Shown: positions 54,201 to 63,366 of the stretch, one piece after another
Numbering within the stretch: position 1 is the first letter of the stretch
How the letters are laid out: every line of letters starts with the position of its first letter
NCBI GenBank assembly: GCA_048497855.1
Contig: JBEHZB010000006.1
Span: 108,153-172,152, forward strand
Direction: 5' to 3'
From: Bacteroidota bacterium
Lineage (GTDB): Bacteria; Bacteroidota; Bacteroidia; Chitinophagales; Chitinophagaceae
DNA length: 64,000 bases
Program-made: the position numbers and the translations under genes
The notes under the pieces: generated by a model
Told to the model about the DNA's origin: nothing
Database searches by the model: none
The model's input: only the letters and a program-made list of their open reading frames with translations

Positions 54201-54345
54201 TGTATCGCTGGATGACTTCTTCACCTTCACCAAATATCCCGGTGTAGATCCTGAAGTAAGCAATAACGGCAACAGTATAGGAATAGACCGCGGCGGTTAT
54301 CCTATTCCAAGAAAAGCGGTAGTAGGTATATCACTGTCATTCTAA
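51247..54345 (+). CDS. SusC/RagA family TonB-linked outer membrane protein
   Basis: 1032-aa ORF with a signal peptide, CarboxypepD_reg domain, TonB-box-like DEVVIIGYG, plug (PLYVIDGI..IASIEILKDGASAAIYGSEGSNGVIIITTKSG) and C-terminal Phe. Confidence 0.9.
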   Translation: MKKTAILLCVLFGMIVFQHARAQSFSVSGKITSQTNNEPLAGVTVSVKGSSTVTVTDKEGNYTITVPGKGSVLSFSYTGMATREMVVNAPGFQNVGLVQVNGTLDEVVIIGYGQQKKSLVTGAISSVKADQLNTVSNTRIEQALQGRVSGVSISPQSGQPGAGLSVKIRGTASNRNTDPLYVIDGIKSGGIESLDPSEIASIEILKDGASAAIYGSEGSNGVIIITTKSGRKNAPGEITFSSQYGTQSVKDDYIKMMNAPQYQQYLTEAGVANAPTPADVSAVGNGTNWLKETIQTAPQQHHTLSFSGGNDKSNYFLSGNIFTQDGIVGGAKAQFKRYTVRLNSDHKVKPWLTVGERVSFAHHTRKAISDNTEFGSILSSAVVMDPLTPVTYTGTLPTFVQNAIAAGKPLRKDENGNYYGISNFLKGEYGNPIARIDMAHGQNIQNKVFANVYADVEPFKGFKFTTRFGVDAAFQTGHGWTPTFWFSDESQNTVANGYDYSDTWTSWLLENFATYTRKFGNHNFVLLAGASQQKNHEVHIGGSYSGLFKEEDKFSYADYVPDANDRIGSVAFDITGASFYGRLTYDYLGKYLFNASVRRDGSSKLPENNRWQTFPSFSAGWVFTKEDFFPQSLAGKVNYGKLRASWGQNGGVGSLGLADYLNAVGAGMIYPDGNGGFIVGAAPTRLPNDELRWENGEQYDIGTDLAFLGNRLTFSADYYKKTTKGLLTGGVPPIFVGNYLTTVNAGEVQNKGWEFELSYKNFPKQNQLGYEVGGNISFNQNKVTYLDPNSPVLPGAAIGTGWTATSSTVGEPLWYFNGYKTDGIFQTQAQINDYVTKNGLTGYTPQPGDPIVIDVNGDKIISPADMTKIGSPHPKFIYGGHVNLTYKGFDFLVFVQGQAGNDMLMGFNRTDRSTANKPEFFFTDRWTGANSTNIWFRANTTNPYIYNSDLMVFNGSFMRIRQLQLGYTFPTHLLSKIRSKSARIYVSLDDFFTFTKYPGVDPEVSNNGNSIGIDRGGYPIPRKAVVGISLSF

Positions 54346-54373
54346 TTAATTTAAAAACATTAAACTATACAAC

Positions 54374-55885
54374 ATGAAAAGATCACTGATCAAAACTGCG
54401 ATAGTCAGCCTGCTGATTATGATAGTAGCAGGAGGTTGTAAGAAATTTCTTACCAACGAAATTCCCGGCGCTTTCCCGGAGAACGATTTTTATAAAACAG
54501 ATGATGACGTTACACAAGCCGTTACCGGCGTATATGATATGATGCAGGCGCATTACAACAATAACTGGGCAAGCATCTACATGATAAAAAGCCTGCTGAG
54601 TGATGAAAGCAACTGCGGTGGCAATAACTCCGGCGACCAGCCCGGTTATCAAACGCTGGATGATTATTCATTTGATGCAACCAACGATAAAGTAAGGGAT
54701 GCATGGAGAATGTGTTATTTTTCCATCTATCGTGCCAACAAGGTGATCAACAAATCTGATGACCTTACGCCGTTGCGCAAACGCCTTATTGCCGAAGCAA
54801 AAACATTAAGGGCCTATAATTATTTTGAGCTGGTTACATTGTGGGGCGATGTGCCGCTGGTATTGGATGACATCCCGCCTTCCCAATTTACATCAACACC
54901 AAGAGCCCCTAAAGCAGATGTATTTAAACAAATAGAAAAAGACCTGACAGAAGCAGCCAACGTATTGCCGTTAAAAACTGCGTATTCACTGGCAGACAGG
55001 TTCCGTGTTTCGAAAGGTACTGCACAGGCTTTATTGGGCAAGACCTATTTATACGAACAAAAATGGAGTGATGCTGCAACACAGTTCGATCTTGTTATCA
55101 ACTCCAATGTATATAGTGTTGCGCCAAGTATTGCTGCTGCTTTTTCCCAGGCGGGCGAATTCGGGCAGGAATCTATTTTCGAAATATCGTATTCCAGCGG
55201 CCGCAGTTACGATTGGGGAAATTTTCCCTGGGGCGCTGCACCGGAAAGCAATATACATATCCAGTTGATGGGGCCAAGAGGAGATTATTATACAAAAGCT
55301 CCTGCCGATTCACTGATCGCAGGCTGGGGATTCATCAGGCCAAAAGCAAAATTATGGAACGCCTTTATTGCTGATGGCGGTGTGGCAAGAAGGAACCAAA
55401 GCATTATGTCGCAGGGCGAATTGATCGCAGCCGGTGGTAACTGGACAGCGCCTAATGACTGGGACTATGAAGGTTATTTCCAAAGAAAGTATGGCTCATT
55501 TGCTAATCAAACCGGCGGACCGATCGGCGAATTGAACTACGGTACCAACTGGCGCCAGATACGTTACTCCGATGTATTGCTGATGGCTGCTGAGGCGTAT
55601 TACCGTACTGATGAAACCAAAGCAAGAGGCTATATAAATCAGATACGCCAGAAAAGAGGCGTACCTGATGTAACTGCTACAGGCGCTGCATTATTTGAAG
55701 CGATCGTTAGGGAAAGGCAGGTAGAGCTGGCATTTGAAGGTGTACGCTTCCAGGACCTGGTACGCTGGGGCCGTGCCGCTACTGAGTTGGGGCCATTAGG
55801 TTTTCAAACAGGCAAACATGAAGTATTGCCGATACCTGATTATGATGTTAAAACAGGCGGGTTGAAACAAAACGCCCATTATTAA
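54374..55885 (+). CDS. SusD/RagB family nutrient-binding outer membrane lipoprotein
   Basis: 503-aa ORF with lipobox (VAGGC). It has SusD motifs (LRAYNYFELVTLWGDVPL, LLMAAEAYY, RRVELAFEGVRFQDLVRWG-like block). Confidence 0.9.
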   Translation: MKRSLIKTAIVSLLIMIVAGGCKKFLTNEIPGAFPENDFYKTDDDVTQAVTGVYDMMQAHYNNNWASIYMIKSLLSDESNCGGNNSGDQPGYQTLDDYSFDATNDKVRDAWRMCYFSIYRANKVINKSDDLTPLRKRLIAEAKTLRAYNYFELVTLWGDVPLVLDDIPPSQFTSTPRAPKADVFKQIEKDLTEAANVLPLKTAYSLADRFRVSKGTAQALLGKTYLYEQKWSDAATQFDLVINSNVYSVAPSIAAAFSQAGEFGQESIFEISYSSGRSYDWGNFPWGAAPESNIHIQLMGPRGDYYTKAPADSLIAGWGFIRPKAKLWNAFIADGGVARRNQSIMSQGELIAAGGNWTAPNDWDYEGYFQRKYGSFANQTGGPIGELNYGTNWRQIRYSDVLLMAAEAYYRTDETKARGYINQIRQKRGVPDVTATGAALFEAIVRERQVELAFEGVRFQDLVRWGRAATELGPLGFQTGKHEVLPIPDYDVKTGGLKQNAHY

Positions 55886-56058
55886 TTTGATGTGAATGGA
55901 ATTGCAGCTGCAGGGATTCTAATTATGTATCATTCTTTTTTTCTCATAGGCAGCAATCGTTTCTTCTACTGACAGATTCGATGGAATCAAAAGGGTGGAT
56001 AGGTAGAACTTCCACCCTTATTTTAAAACCACTGTGCTTTATTGAATTCATGTTTAAC

Positions 56059-57828
56059 ATGCGATACCTCGTTATCATTACATTCCTGCTGATCAATATA
56101 CAGGCAAATGCCCAGGGGTTTTTAAGAACCAGGGATACTGCCATCGTTGATGGAACCGGCAAATCCGTTATCCTTCGCGGAATGGGCCTTGGCGGCTGGA
56201 TGCTACAGGAACCGTATATGCTGCAGCTTTCGGGAGTTGTTACTACACAACATGATATACGCAACAAGATCACTGCGCTTATCGGCAAAGAAAATACACA
56301 AACATTCTATGATGCCTGGTTAAATAATCATTGTACAAAAGCTGATATTGATTCATTAGCAGCATGGGGATTTAATTCTGTACGCTTACCTATCCATTAT
56401 AACTTATTTACTTTACCTGCTGAAGAAGAACCAGAGAAAGGAAAAAATACCTGGCTTAACAAAGGCTTTCAATTGACAGACAGTTTGCTTAGCTGGTGCA
56501 AAGCCAATAACATCTATCTCATACTTGACCTGCATGCCGCACCGGGCGGGCAAGGCAACGATATCGCCATTGCAGACAGGGATACCGGAAAGTTTTCGCT
56601 TTGGCAATCAGAAGTCAATCAGCAAAAAACAATTGCACTATGGGAAAAATTAGCTGCACGTTATGTAAATGAAGAATGGATCGGCGGCTATGATATTCTT
56701 AATGAACCCAACTGGGGTTTTGAAAATACTGCGGACCGCAACGGCTGCTCGGAACAAGCCAATGCACCGCTAAAAAAATTATTACAGGATATTACCACAG
56801 CTATCCGCAAAATTGATAACAACCATATCATTTTTGCAGAAGCCAATTGCTGGGCCAATAATTATAACGGCCTGCTCCCTTTATGGGATAACAATATGGT
56901 AATCAGTTTTCACAAATACTGGAACTATACCGACAATGCTTCTATACAAAAATTTTTAGATTACCGCACACAATATCATGTACCCATCTGGGCAGGAGAA
57001 ACCGGTGAGAACTCCAACTCCTGGTTTACCGATGTAGTAGCACTGATGGAGAAGAACAATATCGGCTGGTGCATGTGGCCCTTAAAAAAAGCGGGGTTGA
57101 ATAATCCCATGCAGGTAAAGATAAATGCAGGTGCACAGCAGGTATTTGATTACTGGAAGGGCAAAGCGCCGAAACCATCTCCTGCGGCGGCTTTTAAAGC
57201 TTTACTGCAACTGGCAGATAACACCAATGCCAAGAACAATATCATTCACCGCGATGTAGCCGATGCCATGATGAGGCAGGTGTACACTGCTGAAACTATT
57301 CCCTTCAAAAAAAATATCATCAACAACAATACTGTTTTGTTTGCAGCTGATTATGATATCGGCAGAAGCGGTGTTGCTTATCACGATAAAGACTCGGCAG
57401 AATACTGGGTATCTACTTCTAAACGCACCCCCTGGAACATTGGTGGCCAATACCGCAACGATGGCGTAGATATAGAGATCTGCAAAGACGCTCCGCTTTC
57501 CAATGGCTACAATGTAGGCTGGATAGAATCCGGCGAATGGCTGCAATACAGCATCTATGTTCCGCAGGAAGGTATGTTTGATATCAGCCTTCGCACTGCT
57601 GCAAAAGCTGCTGCAAAAGCAAAGCTGTTGTTGAATGATGAAACTGTTTCAGGAAATATTGCATTGCCTGCTACAGGAGGCATACAAAAATGGAAAACAA
57701 GTACAGCAAGAAATATAAAACTAAATAAAGGCTGGAACAGGCTGAGGGTATTGGCGATAAGCGGCGGGTTCAACTTTAATTATTTGCAATTCATTCAAAC
57801 CAAAAATACAGCGAACATAAACCGATAA
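56059..57828 (+). CDS. glycoside hydrolase family 5 (beta-glucanase/glucosidase type) with C-terminal CBM6-like module
   Basis: Start moved to the Met at 56059 (MRYLVIITFLLINIQANAQ). It has the GH5 acid/base ILNEPN and nucleophile region WAGETGEN. The C-terminal about 130 aa have CBM6-like features (GWIESGEWLQYSI ... FNFNYLQF). Confidence 0.8.
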   Translation: MRYLVIITFLLINIQANAQGFLRTRDTAIVDGTGKSVILRGMGLGGWMLQEPYMLQLSGVVTTQHDIRNKITALIGKENTQTFYDAWLNNHCTKADIDSLAAWGFNSVRLPIHYNLFTLPAEEEPEKGKNTWLNKGFQLTDSLLSWCKANNIYLILDLHAAPGGQGNDIAIADRDTGKFSLWQSEVNQQKTIALWEKLAARYVNEEWIGGYDILNEPNWGFENTADRNGCSEQANAPLKKLLQDITTAIRKIDNNHIIFAEANCWANNYNGLLPLWDNNMVISFHKYWNYTDNASIQKFLDYRTQYHVPIWAGETGENSNSWFTDVVALMEKNNIGWCMWPLKKAGLNNPMQVKINAGAQQVFDYWKGKAPKPSPAAAFKALLQLADNTNAKNNIIHRDVADAMMRQVYTAETIPFKKNIINNNTVLFAADYDIGRSGVAYHDKDSAEYWVSTSKRTPWNIGGQYRNDGVDIEICKDAPLSNGYNVGWIESGEWLQYSIYVPQEGMFDISLRTAAKAAAKAKLLLNDETVSGNIALPATGGIQKWKTSTARNIKLNKGWNRLRVLAISGGFNFNYLQFIQTKNTANINR

Positions 57829-57838
57829 AGAAATCTAT

Positions 57839-60013
57839 ATGAAAAAGAAGAACATCAGTATAACAGCCATGCTATTATTAACAGCATGCTGTTTTTATCT
57901 TCCATTGCAGGCGCAGCAAAAGATCGATACTGCGGCAAAGATCCGCAGCCTCATTCAGCAAATGACACTGGAAGAAAAAGTACACATGATACATGCTTCA
58001 TCTTCTTTTACCTCAGGCGGTGTGCCACGCCTTGGCATACCCGAACTGGTTACTTCGGATGGCCCGCACGGCGTTCGCCCCGAACATGGTCGTGACTGGA
58101 ACTTAGATAATAACCTGCTCGATTCAGGAACATATCTGCCTACAGGCGTTTGTCTTGCTGCTACCTGGAACCCAAGCCTGGGCTATGCTTTCGGCGCTGT
58201 GCTAGGAAGCGAAGCAAAGTTCCGCGGTAAGAATGTAATGCTTGGCCCGGGTATCAATATCATTCGTACCCCATTGAACGGTCGCAATTTTGAATACCAG
58301 AGCGAGGACCCTTTCCTGGTATCTAAAATGGTAGTGGGTTATATCAAAGGCGTGCAGGCCCAGGGAGTTTCTGCCTGTGTAAAACATTATGCCGCCAACA
58401 ACCAGGAACTGAAGCGTCATTTCATTGATGTGCAGATGAGCGAAAGAGCATTAAGAGAAATTTATTTGCCCGGCTTTAAAGCTGCAGTGCAGGAAGCAGG
58501 CGTTAATACATTGATGGGTTCGTATAATAAATTCCGGGGGCAATGGGCATCACAAAATTATTATTTGCTTACGCAGATACTTAGAAAAGAATGGGGCTTT
58601 AAAGGCGTGGTGATGAGCGACTGGGACGCTGTGAACAGTACCATGCAGGCCATCTGGAATGGTATGGACCTTGAAATGGGTACCGACCTTCACATGTTGC
58701 CCAATCCTGATTATGGTAAATTCTTTATGGGAGATACTGTTATCAGTTTGGTAAAAAGCGGCAAAGTTCCCATTTATCTTATTGATGAAAAAGTAAGCCG
58801 CATATTGTATGTGATGTATAAAACAGGAATGATGAGCGGTGTAAAACCTGTTGGCGAATACAACACAAAAGAGCATCAGCAAACCGCAGCAAAAGTTGCT
58901 GAAGAAGGAATCGTGTTGCTTAAGAATCAAAATAATATTTTACCGCTTTCCAAAACTACCGTGAAGTCCATTGCAGTGATCGGCTATAATGCAGCAAGAA
59001 AACAATCCATGGGCGGCGGCAGTTCGCAGATAAGAGCCTTTTATGAAGTAACGCCGCTTGCGGGCATTCAAAACATTGCAGGAAAGAATATACAGATCAG
59101 TTATACACCCGGCTACGAAATTAAAAGAGATGCTACAGCAAATGCTGCAATGATACAGGAAGCGGTAGATGCGGCATCAAAAGCGGATGTTGCTGTTATT
59201 GTAGGCGGATGGACACACGGTTATAATTATTCCATCTGGAAAGACAATGCCTACGATGCAGAGGATTATGATAAGCCCGATATGAACATGCCCTTTGGCC
59301 AGGATGAACTGATCAAAGCTGTGCTGAAAGCCAATCCAAAAACTGTTGTTGTATTGATGGGCGGCGGCGCAATAGACATGAGCCAGTGGATAGATAATAC
59401 ACCTGCTGTTATACAATCGTGGTATGCAGGTATGGAAGGAGGCAATGCATTGGCGAAGATAATTTTCGGCGATATCAATCCTTCCGGAAAATTACCGATG
59501 ACCTTTCCTAAAAAACTGGAAGATGATCCTGCGCATAAACTGGGCGAATATCCGGGTGATAAGGATACGGTATATGAACATTACTTCGATGATATTTATG
59601 TAGGTTATCGTTATTTCGATACTTATAATGTAGCGCCGCAGTTTGCATTTGGTCATGGTTTATCTTATACAACATTTGCTTACAGCGGTTTAAAAGTAAC
59701 AGCAAGCGGAAAAGGCGCTGCTGTAAGTTTTACTGTTAAAAATACAGGCAAGGTTGCCGGTGCCGAAGTTGCGCAGGTATATGTAAAACAGGAAGTGTCT
59801 TTATTACCAAGACCGGAAAAAGAATTGAAAGGATTTGATAAGGTTTTTCTTCAGCCCGGTGAATCCAAAACAGTAACGGTTACGCTTGATGAAAATGCAT
59901 TTCAGTATTACAACGATATAAAAAGCGAATGGGTGAAAGAGAAAGGTGTATATGATATCCTGGTAGGCGCATCTTCCCGGGATATAAAGCTTACCGGTAA
60001 AATAAAATTATAA
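57839..60013 (+). CDS. glycoside hydrolase family 3 beta-glucosidase
   Basis: 724-aa ORF with a signal peptide. It has the GH3 N-domain (GRNFEYQSEDPFL, KHYAANNQE), nucleophile motif VMSDW and a C-terminal fibronectin-like domain (GHGLSYTTF). Confidence 0.9.
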   Translation: MKKKNISITAMLLLTACCFYLPLQAQQKIDTAAKIRSLIQQMTLEEKVHMIHASSSFTSGGVPRLGIPELVTSDGPHGVRPEHGRDWNLDNNLLDSGTYLPTGVCLAATWNPSLGYAFGAVLGSEAKFRGKNVMLGPGINIIRTPLNGRNFEYQSEDPFLVSKMVVGYIKGVQAQGVSACVKHYAANNQELKRHFIDVQMSERALREIYLPGFKAAVQEAGVNTLMGSYNKFRGQWASQNYYLLTQILRKEWGFKGVVMSDWDAVNSTMQAIWNGMDLEMGTDLHMLPNPDYGKFFMGDTVISLVKSGKVPIYLIDEKVSRILYVMYKTGMMSGVKPVGEYNTKEHQQTAAKVAEEGIVLLKNQNNILPLSKTTVKSIAVIGYNAARKQSMGGGSSQIRAFYEVTPLAGIQNIAGKNIQISYTPGYEIKRDATANAAMIQEAVDAASKADVAVIVGGWTHGYNYSIWKDNAYDAEDYDKPDMNMPFGQDELIKAVLKANPKTVVVLMGGGAIDMSQWIDNTPAVIQSWYAGMEGGNALAKIIFGDINPSGKLPMTFPKKLEDDPAHKLGEYPGDKDTVYEHYFDDIYVGYRYFDTYNVAPQFAFGHGLSYTTFAYSGLKVTASGKGAAVSFTVKNTGKVAGAEVAQVYVKQEVSLLPRPEKELKGFDKVFLQPGESKTVTVTLDENAFQYYNDIKSEWVKEKGVYDILVGASSRDIKLTGKIKL

Positions 60014-60051
60014 GTTTATCAGCAGGCAGGAATTCTTAAAACGTATTTTTT

Positions 60052-61263
60052 ATGAACAAACGAAAGTATATGCAATTAAGTATAGCCATTTTACTATTTA
60101 CCTTCCTCAGCAACTGTTCCAAAGATGGAGGCTCATCCCCTGCCCCTGCAGATGCATTGCCGAAGATATCTATCGATGATATTACCCATGCAGAAGGGAA
60201 TACCGGCACTACCGTTTTCAACTTTACCGTTTCGCTGGATAAAGCTTCTAAAAATAGTGTTACAGTAAACTATACTACTGTTGAAGGAACAGCAAAAGCA
60301 ACGGAAGATTTTACTACTGTTTCACAAACGGTAACGTTTCTTCCCAATGAAATGCAAAAGACTATTGCTGTAAATGTTGCAACAGATGATATCAAAGAAG
60401 GCGATGATGATTTTAAAGTAGTGCTTTCTGCTGCAACCAATGGCGCTATATACAAAGGCACGGGTACTGCTGTCATAGAAAATGACGACAGCAAGGTTGC
60501 ATTCAGCAACACCGGCTATGATGCACCAACATCATATCCCGGCTACACATTAGCATGGTCGGATGAATTTACAGCAGGCCCGCTCAACCCGGCTATATGG
60601 AGTTTTGAGAACGGCGATGGCTGCCCGGGCATTTGCGGTTGGGGAAACAACGAACTGGAATATTATACCGACAGGCCCGATAATATTTTTTTCCAGGATG
60701 GTAAAATGATCATTGAAGCGAAGAAAGAAAATTATGCAGGAAAGAATTATACCTCTTCCAAAATACTTACCCGTGGTAAAAAATCATTTAAGTTCGGCAG
60801 GATAGATGTTCGTGCAAAGCTTCCTAAAGGTAAGGGTATCTGGCCGGCCCTCTGGCTGTTGCCGCAAAACAATGTATATGGCGCCTGGCCAAAAAGCGGT
60901 GAGATAGATATGATGGAAATGATCGGCCATGAAGCTAACCGGACTTATGGTACACTGCATTTTGGCCCCGGCCCAAACAGTACACAACTGGGCAGGAACT
61001 TTACTTTGCCATCTGGAATATTCAATGATGAGTTTCATGTTTTTTCTTTGGAATGGAAAGCTGACCAGATACAGTGGCTGGTAGATGGCGTTGCGTATTC
61101 AACCTATACCAAAGCTGATTTTGGTGCCAACAATTATCCCTTCAATGAAGATTTCTTTTTTATTATTAACATGGCTGTAGGCGGCAACTGGCCGGGCAAT
61201 CCTGATGCTACTACTTATTTTCCGCAATGGCTCATTGTTGATTATATAAGAGTGTACCAGTAA
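60052..61263 (+). CDS. glycoside hydrolase family 16 (laminarinase/beta-1,3(4)-glucanase type) lipoprotein with N-terminal Calx-beta domain
   Basis: 403-aa ORF with lipobox (LSNC) and a Calx-beta-like segment (ISIDDITHAEGNTG...VNYTTVEGTAKATEDF...DDFKVVLS). The GH16 catalytic motif is GEIDMME (ExDxxE). Confidence 0.85.
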   Translation: MNKRKYMQLSIAILLFTFLSNCSKDGGSSPAPADALPKISIDDITHAEGNTGTTVFNFTVSLDKASKNSVTVNYTTVEGTAKATEDFTTVSQTVTFLPNEMQKTIAVNVATDDIKEGDDDFKVVLSAATNGAIYKGTGTAVIENDDSKVAFSNTGYDAPTSYPGYTLAWSDEFTAGPLNPAIWSFENGDGCPGICGWGNNELEYYTDRPDNIFFQDGKMIIEAKKENYAGKNYTSSKILTRGKKSFKFGRIDVRAKLPKGKGIWPALWLLPQNNVYGAWPKSGEIDMMEMIGHEANRTYGTLHFGPGPNSTQLGRNFTLPSGIFNDEFHVFSLEWKADQIQWLVDGVAYSTYTKADFGANNYPFNEDFFFIINMAVGGNWPGNPDATTYFPQWLIVDYIRVYQ

Positions 61264-61361
61264 TTTGTTTCATATGCGTTTTGTATTGTTTGATGTACCC
61301 GGATATATAATCCGGGTTTTTTAAGGATAAGAGTTCAAATTGATTAATTTACAGGCTACCG

Positions 61362-63296
61362 ATGATGACCGTCAGATCTTTTACGCTATTTATTGTATTG
61401 CTGTTGCTGAGCAATAGAATAACTGCGCAGCTTTGCCAGGGCAGTTTGGGAGACCCTATCATCAATATCACTTTTGGCAGCGGCGGCAATCCCGGTGCTG
61501 CTTTGCCTGCTGTGGCTACCAATTATAATTACATTACTACAGATTGTCCGGATGATGGCAATTATACCGTTCGCAATAATACGACAGCCTGCTTTGGAAA
61601 CACCTGGCACACACTTTCTTCTGATCATACCGGCGATGCAGGCGGTTATTTCATGCTGGTAAATGCCTCGTTTCAGCCCGGCGCATTTTACACCGATACG
61701 GTAAAGGGCTTATGCGGCAACACTACATACGAATTTGCAGCATGGATAACCAATGTGCTGCTGCCTACTTCCTGCAACGGCAATCCCATAAAACCCAATC
61801 TTACTTTCAACATAGAAAAAAAAGACGGTACAGTTTTACAAACGTACAATACCGGTGATATCGCATCTACTTCTTCTCCTTTATGGAAACAATATGGTTT
61901 TTATTTTACTACACCGGTTGGCGGCACCGATGTAGTATTGCGCATTGTAAATAATGCACCCGGTGGCTGCGGCAACGATCTTGCATTGGATGACATTACC
62001 TTTCGCCCCTGCGGGCCGCAGATAACAGCTTCGGTAAATGGCAACCCTGCAACACCAACAGCATTTTGCGAAGGCACAGCGCATACTTATTCACTGCAAT
62101 GCAGCACTTCGGGAGGCTTTAATAATCCTGTATTTCAATGGCAATACCTCGATCCTGCCAGTACATCATGGATAGATATTGCGGCAGCAAATACCAATAA
62201 CTACACAGTTAATTTTGCTGCCAATGCTGCGCCGGGCAAATATCAATACCGGCTTGCAGTGGCAGAATCAGGCAACATTGGCTCGCTGCAATGCAGGATA
62301 TATTCGCAGCCTTTTGTATTTACCATCAATCCCAACCCGGTTACTACAGCGGGTAATAATGGGCCGGTATGCACATCGCAGCCATTAACACTCACTGCAT
62401 CCGGAGGCACACAATATAGCTGGACGGGCCCGAATGGTTTTACCGGCTCTGGCTCACCGTTAGTTATCAATTCCATACAGCTTAACCAGGCAGGGCAATA
62501 CAATGTAGTTGTCACAACAGCAGCAGGCTGCAGCAAAAGCGATCTTACCAATGTTATCATCAACCCTTTGCCTGTTGCAGGCACAAGCTTTACCACTGCT
62601 TCTATATGCAAAGGCGATAGTGTACAATTTATTGCAACCGGCGGGCCCGGTTATCAATGGATACCTGCAACAGGACTTTCCAACGCCGGTATATACAATC
62701 CAAAAGCTTCGCCTGCTATAACAACAACATACAGTGTTATCGTTTCCAACCAGTTCTCCTGCAAAGACACAGCTGATATCATTGTTACCGTAAGCGCCGG
62801 GCCAATAGCCGATGCAGGGCCCGATAAAATAATGCTGAAAGGCCATCCTGTGCAGTTATCAGGACAGGTAACCGGCACCAGCAGTACGTATTCCTGGTCG
62901 CCTGCAACATACATCGATGATATCCATTCGTTGCAACCTGTGGTTGCACCACCGGCAGATACCAAATATATTTTAAAAGCCGTTTCAACAATTGGCTGTG
63001 GTATTTCATTTGATACAACATTGGTAAAAGTGTATAATGATATTTATATCCCCAATGCTTTTACGCCAAACGGCGATGGCAGGAATGATGTGTGGAATAT
63101 CCCTGCATTGGGCGCTTTTACTTCGTTTGAATTAGTACTATACAATCGTTGGGGGCAACCGGTCTTTGAAACAAAAGATACACCCCGCCAATGGGATGGT
63201 ACATATAAAGGAAGCCCCTGCCTTGCGGGCGCCTACAATTATTTTATCAAAACAGGAAATCGGTTTATAAAAGGAACAGTTTTATTGCTGCGGTAA
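61362..63296 (+). CDS. T9SS type-B (gliding motility-associated, CHU_C) C-terminal domain protein with N-terminal CBM-like domain and Ig-like repeats
   Basis: 644-aa ORF with a signal peptide and an N-terminal domain ending GCGNDLALDDITFRPCGP. Repeated about 75-aa Ig-like segments are followed by the C-terminal IPNAFTPNGDGRNDVW...YNRWGQPVFE...WDGTYKG signature. Confidence 0.75.
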   Translation: MMTVRSFTLFIVLLLLSNRITAQLCQGSLGDPIINITFGSGGNPGAALPAVATNYNYITTDCPDDGNYTVRNNTTACFGNTWHTLSSDHTGDAGGYFMLVNASFQPGAFYTDTVKGLCGNTTYEFAAWITNVLLPTSCNGNPIKPNLTFNIEKKDGTVLQTYNTGDIASTSSPLWKQYGFYFTTPVGGTDVVLRIVNNAPGGCGNDLALDDITFRPCGPQITASVNGNPATPTAFCEGTAHTYSLQCSTSGGFNNPVFQWQYLDPASTSWIDIAAANTNNYTVNFAANAAPGKYQYRLAVAESGNIGSLQCRIYSQPFVFTINPNPVTTAGNNGPVCTSQPLTLTASGGTQYSWTGPNGFTGSGSPLVINSIQLNQAGQYNVVVTTAAGCSKSDLTNVIINPLPVAGTSFTTASICKGDSVQFIATGGPGYQWIPATGLSNAGIYNPKASPAITTTYSVIVSNQFSCKDTADIIVTVSAGPIADAGPDKIMLKGHPVQLSGQVTGTSSTYSWSPATYIDDIHSLQPVVAPPADTKYILKAVSTIGCGISFDTTLVKVYNDIYIPNAFTPNGDGRNDVWNIPALGAFTSFELVLYNRWGQPVFETKDTPRQWDGTYKGSPCLAGAYNYFIKTGNRFIKGTVLLLR

Positions 63297-63366
63297 AAAA
63301 TAAGATCCGATAAAGGGCTTTACCATTATCTTTAATGCAGTTGAAAAAATACCGGTTAAAATAAAG

